Source of the DNA: Proteromonas lacertae
Taxonomy: Eukaryota
Length of the DNA stretch: 64,000 nt
Assembly (NCBI GenBank): GCA_002245135.1
Contig: NGBS01000295.1
Location: forward strand, 186,001 to 250,000
Direction: 5' to 3'
A program made the translations under genes and the position numbers. The notes below the pieces were generated by a model that searched no databases, had not been told where the DNA came from, and was given only the letters and a program-made list of their open reading frames with translations. Below, in pieces: positions 1 to 12,177 of this stretch; the stretch's first letter is position 1; each line of letters begins with the position of its first letter.

Positions 1-67
1 GATCATCTAACATAATTGTTATAAATTCACTAATGTCAAACATAGAATCAAGCCTTTTTCATTTTTA

Positions 68-681
68 ATGTATTACGAAGCAAATAACGGTATAATAGCT
101 CTGTAATATTCATAGAATCCAAGTTTCAACAGTTATTAAAGAAATTATTGTTTAAAAAATGCGGACAAGTGTTTAATATAGCAGCTATCCTCATTCTAGT
201 GATTTTAAACATTTTTCTAACAGTATGGGGAATAATCAATTCAGATAAACAATATGTATATGTGTAAATCAATTATATTGCCATATAGAAATATTTAACT
301 CCAATTATACTTGAATATATAATTAATGTTATTTTAACGTTAGTATTGATAATAAGGTTTATTATAAATGGAAGTGTATATTGTTATTTTTATTTAATAG
401 TCCTTTTTTATGTTTGTATTGAATTATGTTGATATATTTTGTACAGCTGGAACTGTTACTACATTAATAATGTATAATAATCTTTGTTGTAATCTATATT
501 GGAGTATAGAAGTGAAATTTTTAGATTAATTAACAATGAAGATCAGACAATAGCATTTGGAGTTCAAATATTGTGGCACATCATGAGAGTCATTAGAACA
601 TTTGTGTTCCTTCATTGGTGGTCTATCACATTTTCAATTATTGAAGAACATCAGTCAGAATATTTAATAAGCATAAAATAA
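68..681 (+). CDS. Small four-TM voltage-sensor-domain-like membrane protein (about 163 aa, 4 introns)
   Basis: Manual splicing of four short GT-AG introns (first 90-115) gives an open frame: MYYEANNESK...VFNIAAILILVILNIFLTVWGII...ILEYIINVILTLVLIIRFIINGSSFFMFVLNYVDIFCT...ILWHIMRVIRTFVFLHWW..., which resembles the S1-S4 pattern of ion-channel voltage sensors. Confidence 0.6.
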
Positions 682-735
682 TAAAAATTAAAAAAAAATT
701 AATAACATATATAACAATAAAATAAATAAATTAAA

Positions 736-1749
736 TTAATTTATACTTGAATTTGAACATTCATTTCTTTTGGATGAATTTTTAACATTAGACATAATAG
801 AAGTAGCATTTTGATTCATCCATGTTAAGAACTTGGCTTGTTGTATTGGTGACAAGATTTCCATTATCTTGACCATCTGTGAAGTCATAGATTCTAAAAT
901 TTCTTTCACATTTTTAGCTATTGTGTCCATTGTCGTTAAAGCTTCTGCTAAATTACGTCTCTGTTGCTTAACAGCATCTCTAAACCCTATAATCTTGACT
1001 TGCTGCTCTTTTGTCAAATTGATAGTATTAACTAAAATATCCCATATACTTCCCCCGTGGGTAGCATTGTTTAAAGTTACATCATAAAACTCATCATCTT
1101 GTTGCAAAGACCATATTGTCATTTTAGTTAATTGAGCTGGTAATAATACACGTTTTAATTGATTCAAATGCCAAATAATTTGTTGATTTCTTACTTCACC
1201 GAATTCACTCCAACTCTCGTAGTATGATTTCATTATTGATTGAATTTCTTCAGTAGCAGGTTTATCTGATGATAATAATTCTTCTAATTTTGCTAATTTT
1301 TGTCTTTGTCCATCTTCTCTATTTTCTCTTACATTATTTCTTTCTAGCATAATCTTTAGCTCATTATTTTTCTGCCTTAAACATTGAAGCTCTGCTTCTA
1401 ACTCCAACTGTTTTTCTTTCTTCTTTTCTCTACATTTCCTAGCTATTTCACGATTTCTTTGTAACCTTTGTTTCTTTTTTTCCTCTTCATCATCAGGAGC
1501 GTTTAATTTTCTCTTTATTGATACTTCTGGCGATTCAGGAACTGATTCTGGAGGTGGTTCTCTTGGTTGCAAAGATTCCATCGGCATAACATCCATGCCA
1601 TTCATAACCATCCAAGAAATCATATCTATTTTTAGAATTAAAGAAAAGCTAAACATACCACTCTCCGAATTTGATAATTTAGCTTTTTTCTTTCCTGATA
1701 CGAAGGATAATATGTTATTATATTTTTCATCTGGATTTAATTCATCCAT
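736..1749 (-). CDS. bZIP transcription factor with C-terminal helical (DOG1/TGA-like) region
   Basis: Basic region KKKQRLQRNREIARKCREKKK followed by a Leu heptad; C-terminal ILSPIQQAKFL; probable in-frame 33-nt intron at 1626-1658. Confidence 0.85.
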   Translation of the reverse strand: MDELNPDEKYNNILSFVSGKKKAKLSNSESGMFSFSLILKIDMISWMVMNGMDVMPMESLQPREPPPESVPESPEVSIKRKLNAPDDEEEKKKQRLQRNREIARKCREKKKEKQLELEAELQCLRQKNNELKIMLERNNVRENREDGQRQKLAKLEELLSSDKPATEEIQSIMKSYYESWSEFGEVRNQQIIWHLNQLKRVLLPAQLTKMTIWSLQQDDEFYDVTLNNATHGGSIWDILVNTINLTKEQQVKIIGFRDAVKQQRRNLAEALTTMDTIAKNVKEILESMTSQMVKIMEILSPIQQAKFLTWMNQNATSIMSNVKNSSKRNECSNSSIN

Positions 1750-1858
1750 TGCTGTTTTATAAATATTTTGTGTTTGGACTCTGAAACGATCAAATATTTA
1801 GTTAATGTATCCCGCTTTTTAGTATAGTAATTATTCTATAAATTAATCATTCATCAGC

Positions 1859-2964
1859 ATGAGGTATTTATTTCTTGCTCTATAGCTTCTTTTTAATTAT
1901 TCTTTTTTTATTTATTTTTTTCTTACTATTCTACACACATTACTCTCCTTTTTTATATCAGAAAATGCTAATCTATTTAATAGTAAGTTAAGTGGCGATA
2001 TTTTAGAAAGTGCTATTGCAAAACTTCTTGCATACTCAAAGGGAGAAAAAACCGAATTAAATGGAGATGAAGTACAAGGCAAAAAAAGAAAATTCTTAGA
2101 AACTGTCGAAATTCAAGTCACATTGAAGAACTATGATCCTAATAAGGATAAGAGATTCAGTGGAAGTGCTAAATTACCAACTATCCCAAAACCAAACATG
2201 AAAATCTGTGTATTGGCTAATGAAAAGCATGCTAACAAGGTATATATCGTTTATTATCACTACTACAATTATACTATGATGAATCTTATTCGCCCCTATC
2301 CTATTCTATACATGAGGATTGAATAGTTCTGATTTTAATTTTTATGTCTATATCTTTAGTTCTATTATTTATATATATTCATAGTGTAAAGAATTAGGAA
2401 TTGACTTCATGACAGAAGCTGATATTGTTGCATTAAACAAGAACAAGAAACTCATTAAGAACTTAGCTAAGAAATACGATGCATTCCTTGCTTCAGATAC
2501 ACTTATTAAGAAATTACCACGTATAATGGGTCCAGGATTAAACAGGTATATTTATATATATATTATATAAAAATATGATGATTAACAATTTATTATGGTA
2601 TTACCGTCTGAAAATAAGTGATAGATATATTTAATCTGATTTTATATTATATATATATATATATATATATAAATTGTGATATTAATTATTATATAGAGCC
2701 AACAAGTTCCCAACCCTTCTTAATACCAACGATGATATTACTGCTAAATGTAATGAAATTAAACAAACCATCAAGTTCCAAATGAAGAAGGTATTATGTC
2801 TTAACACTGCTGTAGCTAATGTAGAAATGCCAGCTGATCAAATTGAATACAATATTCAATATGCAGTAAACTTCTTAGTTTCCTTATGTAAAAAGGGATG
2901 GCAAAATATTAAGGTTATTTACATCAAATCAACAATGGGACCTGCTCAACAAATCTACTTCTAA
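1859..2964 (+). CDS. RPL10A: 60S ribosomal protein L10a (uL1)
   Basis: Spliced MSKLSG...[28 protein letters not shown]...KYDAFLAS...GPGLNRANKFP...[17 protein letters not shown]; introns 1864-1983, 2240-2384, 2546-2696. Confidence 0.97.
2276..2332 (+). ncRNA. Intronic box C/D snoRNA, probable snR60/SNORD80-like (LSU rRNA guide)
   Basis: C box ATGATGA 2276-2282, C'-like ATGAGGA 2312-2318, D box CTGA 2329-2332; TTCGCCCCTAT (2289-2299) is complementary to the conserved LSU sequence ATAGGGGCGAA; lies in an unusually long RPL10A intron. Confidence 0.75.
2575..2639 (+). ncRNA. Intronic box C/D snoRNA, probable snR77/SNORD65-like (SSU rRNA guide)
   Basis: C box ATGATGA 2575-2581, D' CTGA 2608-2611 preceded by GGTATTACCGT (complementary to SSU GCGGTAATTCC with one mismatch and one G-U pair), D box CTGA 2636-2639, AT terminal stem. 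Confidence 0.75.
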
Positions 2965-3329
2965 GTGCTTTACACTTTCTTTTCACCATTTTTATCTTTT
3001 GATAATAATGGAAGCCATAAAACAATGATGAATGAAATAATGTTTTAAATTTATTATGTTTTGGGTTTTTATTTTCAAATATAATTAAAGAGAATAAGAA
3101 TTATAACGATTCATTTAATATTGAAGAATTCTTTTGATATTTCCTTTTTTAATTTCTAAAATGATAGTAATTTTGGTATATCCGTATTTTCTTTCACTAT
3201 TACAGTCAGTTCATTTACAATTAGAAGAGCTTGATATAGTTTTTAATTATTGAAACAGCTATGTTTTGAAAAGCCTCAGTTCATAACTTTACATTCTATG
3301 ATAATTATAAGTTATTTGTTTATTTAGTT

Positions 3330-4929
3330 ATGCAATCATCCAGATACTTAGATTATTCCGATATAAACGAAATAATACTAGTAGAAAAGAGAAGTTCCAG
3401 TGGAAAAGCTTTCTATTATTGTGACAAACCTTTCATTTTAGTTCGCGATTGCTTCATTCGAATTTACTATGAGATGAAAAGTGTTATAAAGAAAGAAAGT
3501 GCCTCTAAATATCAAAAGTGCTTTTTGGTGTATGGTAATGAAAAAATTGGTAAAACAACGTTCAGCTGCTTTCTAGCTTATTGTTTCAACATGGATAAAG
3601 ATTTCAAGGAATATAACATTGTTCTTTTCAGTGACTCACAATTAGATGAACCTAATTATTATTTTCGAGAAGCCTATGGTGTAAAATATGAATTATCCAA
3701 TAAACTACCTTTTACTAACAGAAGAACAATAATAATTAGTGATAATTTTCCCATTAAAGAAGATGATTACAGTAATGATGAGGTTATTGTTATGGTATCT
3801 TCACCAAAAGCAGATAAGTATAAAGTAATGAGTAATAAAAGAGCTCCAGTACAATTCTATTTACTACCTTTCACAAAAGATGAAATGGACATCACTAAGT
3901 TGAGTGAGATAAAATATCTACTTAATAATAGCACATTTGATGCAGAGAAAGATGGTTTACCATCATATGTTCCACCATCATACAATGAATTTTTTTATAT
4001 ATATGATACTGATAGGGTAGATAAAGTTGCAGATAAGTTAAAGTTTAAATCTGATGAAATAAAGAGAGAAATTTTAGTTACATACTTCACTAGTAAAGAT
4101 AAATTACTACAATTATGTAGTATATTTAAGGATGAAAGAGATGGAATAATATTTGAAAGAATGTGTCACATTATTGTAAGGAATAAGCTAATTACTGATG
4201 AGAATATATATATTCCTAAAGATTTATGTTATTATTATGATATGAAATATTTTTATGACTATCTTAGCTCTCAATCAAGATATTTTGTTAAACATGATGA
4301 TAATAATGAAGATGTAGATGCAATGTATGTTGATTTTGGTATAATTAAAGATTTCCCAGCTATTGATGGATGTATTATCAATAAATTCAATATTACATCT
4401 CTTCAAATGACAATTGCAAGTACACATCCTGTAATAGATACAATAATTGTATTTCTCAATGTATTTATATAAAATATTATAATTGAATAGATGATATACA
4501 ATCTTCATAAGGATGTGATGATAAACTACATATTGAATCCACCTACTGCTAATTCAGATGTTGATTATTCACCTGCTCCTAATTCAGATGTTGATTATTC
4601 ACCTGCTCCTAGCTCAGATGTTGATTATTCACCTGCTCCTAACTCAGATGTTGATGCTAAGCAACCTACTGTTAAGCCATATCCAACAGAGTTTAACCGA
4701 GAATCTTCACTTTATGATCTTGGTTATATACCCAGCATTTTAAAAGAAAATATATTATTTAGAATGGATCAACGTATAAGAATCTTATGTGAAAGTTATG
4801 TATATAATAATATGTTATTACTGTGTATAGTTTTTAATTAATGAAATTAGCTGCAGAAGAAACATATACTTTGGTTTAATTAACATATATAAAGGGCAGG
4901 CAAAAAGAATTTCTGAAAGTTATGAATAG
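3330..4929 (+). CDS. Crinkler/RHS-type P-loop NTPase plus restriction-endonuclease-like module (may be the 5' part of the 4922-11860 gene)
   Basis: Walker A-like YGNEKIGKTT; downstream FPAIDG...LQMTIASTHP motif typical of CRN/RHS REase domains; introns 4461-4490 and 4800-4830; this frame stops at 4927-4929, overlapping the next ORF in the +1 frame. Confidence 0.65.
4542..4657 (+). repeat. 30-bp coding tandem repeat (about 4 copies; PAPNSDVDYS)
   Basis: cctgctcctaattcagatgttgattattca repeated with few substitutions. Confidence 0.95.
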
Positions 4930-7900
4930 TGATATTCAAAGAATTAAAAAAATGGAAAGTGAATTAAACCATAGTAATAATGATTCAGATGTGATATTAA
5001 TAGAAAAAAGATTAAAATCATTAAATGAAGAATTAAAGAATTTCAAAAAGCAATTCAATGAATCAAAAGTCAAAATAGAAGAAAATGATAATAAATTGAA
5101 TGTATTAAAAGCATATGAAATGAAAATTAAATTATTCATTTTTAAGAATCTTATAGATGGAATTTGCATAGAATTAAAAGAATCAGAAGAATCAATAAAA
5201 TTGAGTGTTTACAAAATATCAACAACAAAATTAGAAGCATATAAAACAGTTCAAACCATAATCCATGATTTGAAGGCTAATGTAAATGGATTAGAAAGTG
5301 AACTATCTACACAAATATCTACAGTAGATATTCTTTTTTCCTCATATTTAGAATCACTAAAAGAATCTGAATATTTTGATCTATTAAGAGAAATAAAAAA
5401 ACAAATAAAAGAAATAGATGAAGAAGCACAAAAATTACCTAATCTATTAAATGATGTAATTAATAATTTACAATCCAATCAAATAAATTCTGAATTGAAT
5501 GATATAGTTCCATTATTAAAAAAACAATTACTATCATCATCAACACTATTACAGAATTATAAAGAACAATTAACAGGATGTAATAATAATAAAATAGTTA
5601 TAAAAGTATTATGTCAAAAAATAGAGTTATTGAAAAGCCACATGCTTATAATAAAGAAATTGATAAAATCAGTATTGCATTTCAGCTATTATACAGTTAA
5701 TCATGTTAATGAACCTTTAGTTTTTTATTTAAATAATTTCTTACAAAATTCATTTTTAAAGCTTGAATCAACTGCTGAAGTAGATATTATTGATGATAAG
5801 AACAATGAAGAAATACATAAAGATGAAACTAAAGAAGAATTACATAAAGGTAAAACCAAAAAACATTCATTTAAAGATAAAGCCGAAATACAATCCATAA
5901 TCAAAAAAGGATTTCTTGTAGATAAAACCAAAGAAAAATTAGGTAAAGAAGAAAACAAAAAACAATTTCTTAAAAATGATGTAGAAATGCAATTAGAATT
6001 ACCTAAAAAATCACTTAACGATAAAACCAAAGAACTTAGAAAAGATGATGCTCACAACCAATTAGTACGTTTTAATAATGAATTTATTTTATTACAATAT
6101 CAACTTCAATTGTTAAGTATATTGGATCTTGAAGAAGCAAATGAATATGTGAAGAATAATATAAATTCTGAAGTGAAAGAAAAGTTGTTTTATGATTTAG
6201 ATGATTATTTAATTGATATTATATACTATTACTTGGATGATAATAGTAAAAAAGAAGATATGAAGAAACAAATTATTTCAGTATATTTTATTTTATTTTT
6301 TATTATAGAAAATTAAAGAAGAGATAGATCAAATATATGATGAAAATGGTTTTGTAAAAAGTGAAGGTTTAAAAAGTGAATTAGAGAACAAATTGAAGAT
6401 ATGTAATCCGTTATTTAAAATAGTATTTCTTACTTATCAACATGATACAGTTACAAAACCACCTGAAATGGGTTCTGCTAATTTTGGACCTTATGGGGGA
6501 TTTTTTCAAAAACTAATGACTGAAGAAATGGAAAAAACTTATACTATGAGTAGTGAACCTTCTAATAAAAGGACTAGAGTAAATGAAGATAAGATAAATG
6601 ATAAAGAAGTTAGAACAGAAAATATTATTATATCTATAAAATCAAAAAGACTTAGACTTTATGATTTAAAAATTTCTAAAAAAAAATTGTTTGATATTGC
6701 AACAAAAGATTCTCCATCAATGAAAAGTTATACTGCTGAGAATACATTAGTATATAAACCAAAAGACTATTCAAATTTGCTTATTAAAGAACCTGAAAAA
6801 AAAGAAATTAGTGATGAAAAGAATATCAAACAGTTGGTTAAAAATTTTAAAGGTATTATTCAAGCTGATGCTACTGACAGTTTGTTAAAAACTATAGCTC
6901 CATACAATGGTTTAATTACATATTTATTAAGTAAGTCTGAAAGTAAATTGAAATTAAATGAACAAACTAAAGGAATTATAAGAAATATTGAAAATGTGTG
7001 TAGAAGAATAGATGAAAGTATAGTATTAGATGAAAATATATATGAAGTGAAAGAATTGAAAGACTTTATATTACCTACAAAGCAATGCATAGATGAATTA
7101 TTATCCAAATTACCTATTAATGATACTATACGATTCATTGATGAATTTTTATTCTCTAAATTAACTATTCCTATTAATGAAATGAATAAAAAGGAATTAT
7201 TATCTGAATTACTTGTTAATGCTAGTAATGATTGCTTAGATGTATTATTATCTGAATTACTTGTTGATGTAAGTAAAGAAAAAATAGAAGAGTTGTTATT
7301 AGCATTACCTGATGATAGAATTAAACAGTACATAGATGAGTCATTATTAGCCTTACTAGTTGAATGTTCAAAACAATATGTATATGATTTATTATCTGAT
7401 TTACCTGATGATGCTAGTAGAGAAAATATTGATAAGTTAATATCTGAAATACGCATGACTATTAATGAAGATATGTATTTTTCACAACCACTTCTTGATA
7501 CTATTCAACAGTACATAGAAATATTATTATCTAAATTACCCATTCCTATTAATGAAGCTAATAGAGATAAGTTATTATTGGAATTACTTGGTGAAAGTAA
7601 AGAAAACATAGAAGAGTTGTTATTAGCATTACCTGATGATGAAAGTGAAAAGTTATTATCTGAATTACCTGTTGATGATATTAGAAAGTTCATAAATGAG
7701 TTATTATCTGAATTACCTATTGATATTAATGAAGAGATTAAAAATGAAATATTATCTAAATTGCTTGTTGCTAATGATGAGAGTAAAAATAAAATATTAT
7801 CCGACTTAAATATTGATGATGAGAGTAAAAGCAAGATATTATCCGAATTACATATTAATGATGAGAGTAAAAACAAGATATTATCCGAATTACATATTAA

Positions 7901-10900
7901 TGAAGAGATTAAAAATAAGATATTGTTGGAATTGCTTGTTGCTAATGATGAGAGTAAAAATAAAATATTATCCGACTTAAATATTGATGATGAGAGTAAA
8001 AGCAAGATATTATCCGAATTACATATTAATGATGAGAGTAAAAACAAGATATTATCCGAATTACATATTAATGAAGAGAGTAAAAACAAGATATTATCCG
8101 AATTACATATTAATGAAGAGATTAAAAATAAGATATTGTTGGAATTACTTGTTAGTGCAAGTAAAGAATTTATAGAAAAGTTTTTATCTCAATTACCTGT
8201 TGATGTTTATAAAGATATAAAAGATAGGTTATTATCTGAATTACTTAATTTTAATAATGAAGAGAATAATAATGAGATATTACCTGAATTACATATTAAT
8301 ACTAATGAAAAGAATAGAAATAAAATATTATCTGACTTAAATATTCATATTAATGAAGATATAAAAGATAGGTTATTATTCGAATTACTTATTCATATTA
8401 ATGAAGATATAAAAAATAAAGTATTATCCGAATTACTTCATGTTACTAATAAAGATATAAAAAATAGAATATTATCACAATTACTCATTCATATAAATAA
8501 AGTGAATAAAATAAAATTGTTATGTAAATTACTTGTTACTAATGAAGAGATAAAAAATCAGTTATTATTAAAATTACATAATGGTGATAAAGAGAGAAAA
8601 ATTAAAATATTGTCTGAATTATTTTCTACTAATAAAGAGAATGAAAATAAGTTAATGGAATTAGTTATTGTGACTGATAAAGATATAAAAAACAAGATAT
8701 TATCTGAATTACTTATTGTTGCTAATGAAGAGAGTAAAAATAAGGTATTATCTGAATTACTTGTTGATGTAAGTAAAGAAAAAATAGAAGAGTTGTTATT
8801 AGCATTACCTGATGATAGAATTAAACAGTACATAGATGAGTCATTATTAGCCTTACTAGTTGAATGTTCAAAACAATATGTATATGATTTATTATCTGAT
8901 TTACCTGATGATGCTAGTAGAGAAAATATTGATAAGTTAATATCTGAAATACGCATGACTATTAATGAAGATATTAAAGATAGGTTATTATCAGAGATGC
9001 ATGTTGTTAGTCAAGATATTACAAGTAAAAATTATAAATATAAGTTAATATCAGCATATAATTCAATAATACAAATTAAAGAAAAATTAAAAGATAAGTG
9101 TAAACCATGTAAAAGTATATTTATATTTATATTTATATAATATTGTAATAGAAACTAATGCATTATGTCGAATATTTGAAAAACCAGTAATTATAAATGA
9201 TGATAATACAATAAGTATTGGATGTGATATATATCAATATCCTAAAAAGAAAGTGTATATTCGAAAAGTCTATAAGGATATATGGAATGAATTGAAATAT
9301 TATATATTATTTTTCAAAATAAGAAGTTGTAAACGTAAAGATATAAATAAGATTAATATTATTGTTAAGGTTATAAACGAATTAATTGAAATAGATAATA
9401 ACGAGAATGCCAAAAGATGTTTTCATATGTTTAAAAAAGGTATTGATGAAGTGAGTAATTATGATGAAATGAATACTATTCTAGAAGACTTAAACAATAG
9501 AATTTTAGAAAGAAAATTCAAAAGAATGAATGGTGACTTCTGTATAGGTGAATGTTTTAAGATTTTATTAAGAGGAAATCCAGGATGTGGAAAGACCTCC
9601 TTTATAATATTCTTATTACAGAAGATCATTGAATTGAATAAAAGTATTCAAATTTACAACTCAGCTGATAAAAGTAAACCTAAATTAAAAATTAAAGCAA
9701 CGATATTTAAAAGTGCACAAAGGGACATTTGCACTCAGTATCAATTAAAAGAAGAAAATGTGTACGGATCAAATGATAGTGATCTATCTGATTTAGCTAT
9801 ATCTGATTCATTCAACTTAGATAAACCTACTTCAAAAGCTTCAATTATATTATATATTACTTCACCAGATTCTAAAAATTATAGCAATTTTTTTGAATAT
9901 AATCCTAATCAAATATGTTATTTTATGGATGTATTTAGTGATGAAGAAATTAAAGAATGGGAAGAAAAGTGTTTACCAACTAAATTACAAACATCAATTA
10001 TGAAAAATGGATATGATAAGAGATATGGAAATGTTCCAAGACATATCTATTATACATCAATATATGATAAATGTTATGGTAAAAATTACTGGGATGAATT
10101 ATACTCAGTAGGTATAAAAAGAATAATTGGTGGTGTTGGATATATGGAATTTTTGATGAGGTATCTATTTCCAAGTGAATCTCAAACAGATAAAATATCC
10201 AAACGAACAACAACATTTGATAGTACATTATGTCATTATATAGTGAAGTATTCTATTCCCTTTCGAGATGAAGATAAAACAACCAAATGTTATGATAGAA
10301 TTAATGAAGATCAAATGGAGTTTATATCTGATGAAGTGTTTGATTTTATATACTATAGTATTAAACACAAAGCTGAAGAAAATGATGTCAAAAAAATACA
10401 AGAAATATTTAGGAGTTATTATAATGAAAAAGATCATCAACTATTTCAATTATTATTTGAAGAACTAGTATTTTACAATTGTTTATATAAAACAGACACT
10501 CAACCAATATATCATTCAAATGGTAATGTATTAGAAATTAGTAAAATTTTGGAAAGTATAAATGAAGATAAATTTAATGTATTTAAAGAATTATTTAATG
10601 TAGATATATATTCTACTAAAAAGAATGGAGTTTATTTACTCCATTTAGCGACTCTTAAGAATAGAGAAATGATTTATTTGATGAATAACTGTTTTATTCA
10701 TGTAATAAATAATCAACGAGAAATATTAGATGTTGATTATAAGATTCAAGAGTGTATATGTGATTTGAAAGAAAAAATGCAATTTAAAACAATATATTAT
10801 ATTGTAGTATTTAATAAAAACTCATCTGTCTCATCACCTTTTCAATCAAAAGTATTAGTTTCACATTATATAGGAGAAAAATATATAGATAATACTGCTA

Positions 10901-11860
10901 TTACATACTGTAAATCGAAATTTGGTAATTCAGTATATAGAATTAATTTCATGATAGAAATTATAAAAGAAATTGCTATACAAGATATGAGTAATAATGC
11001 CCAAATGCAAAGAACAAAGACTTTACCACATCAAACAAACCAACAACAACAACAATTACTACCATATGTAGGTGATATTAGTTATATAAAGTCGATATTG
11101 AGATGTTTTGCCAATATCATACCATTACTAAATATTTTCGCAAATTTTTACAATTACAAATATTATGTTGAAAATGATGATAATGAAACTTATATGAAAA
11201 GAACATTTGATCTTGTGAATAGAGCAATGAATGAATATTGTAGTATTTTTAAAAATGATAAACAGCAAGATGCTTATATATGTCTACAATCACTGTTAAG
11301 ATTATTACATAATAATTATGAAAAGAATGGAAATGATATAGATTTGTTTGCAAAAGATAATAATGAACAACCTTATGGTTTATCAGTTGCAATACCTGAT
11401 GATGAAAAGATACATGTAGAAGATTGCTTGAATCACTCTAATTGCATTATAAATGTAGCACCAAAAGTATTAATAATTCATTTGAAAAGATTTGATGATA
11501 AGAATGAGGTAATACAAAAAGTTGTCAATATCTGTGATGTATTAGATTTATCTAAATATATGAAAAGTATATATATATATATATTATATTTAATTTTAAA
11601 TAGATAACGAAAGGAAGATATATGATTTGATAGGAATGTCAAGTCATTGTAGATATACAAATACTACTGACAATATAACATTTGATCATTATATTGCAAT
11701 ATGTAAATCTTCATTTGATAATAAATGGTATTTATATGATGATGATAAAGTAATGAATGAATATGATGTGGAGAATAATAAAGATCATTATTCTAATTTC
11801 CTTCCGTATATATTATTTTATCAATTAAGAGAACAAAATATAAAGATGGAAGGAGTATGA
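4922..11860 (+). CDS. Giant (about 2280 aa) multidomain protein: coiled coil, helical repeats, CRN/RHS-type NTPase, C-terminal USP (peptidase C19)-like domain
   Basis: Introns 6281-6308, 9115-9151 and 11567-11603 join four ORFs in frame; Walker A GNPGCGKTS and YGNVPR; USP-like boxes YVGDISYIKSILRCF, QQDA, PKVLIIHLKRF, DHYIAICK, WYLYDDDKV, PYILFY. Confidence 0.75.
7246..8973 (+). repeat. Internal coding repeats: about 228-bp identical direct duplication (7246-7473 and 8746-8973) flanking 42-bp/14-aa units (ESKNKILSELHIND)
   Basis: The sequence tctgaattacttgttgatgtaagt...attaatgaagata recurs exactly 1500 bp apart; 14-aa units are densest at about 7740-8150. Confidence 0.92.
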
Positions 11861-12177
11861 GATTTATATTATATTATTAATAACATTATATATATATATT
11901 TTTTTTCAAAATTAGTTTTTCATATATATACATCATTGAGAGAAACTGCGTATGTTTCTTTCTATTGATTAGAATATTAAGATATCTAATGTATTTAAAA
12001 ATACTTAACTAATGTGTTAAACATTATCAACTCACTTTTATGTATTAATCAATCTTATAAAAGAATAGTGTTTAATAATGAGAATATAATTATATTGTCG
12101 ATATAGTTGTTTTGATTATTTTGTATAATATACACTCTTTACATATATTATTATATTATTTACTAAATATCATTATT

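Noticed and set aside
4936..8956. Antisense Ser/Leu/Phe/Ile-rich ORFs here and opposite SART1, CEP164 and PKG
   Set aside because: Shadow frames of Glu/Lys/Asp-rich or repetitive coding strands
3000..12170. Terminal inverted repeats or target-site duplication around the CR locus
   Set aside because: None recognisable by eye in the AT-rich flanks, so it is not called a mobile element
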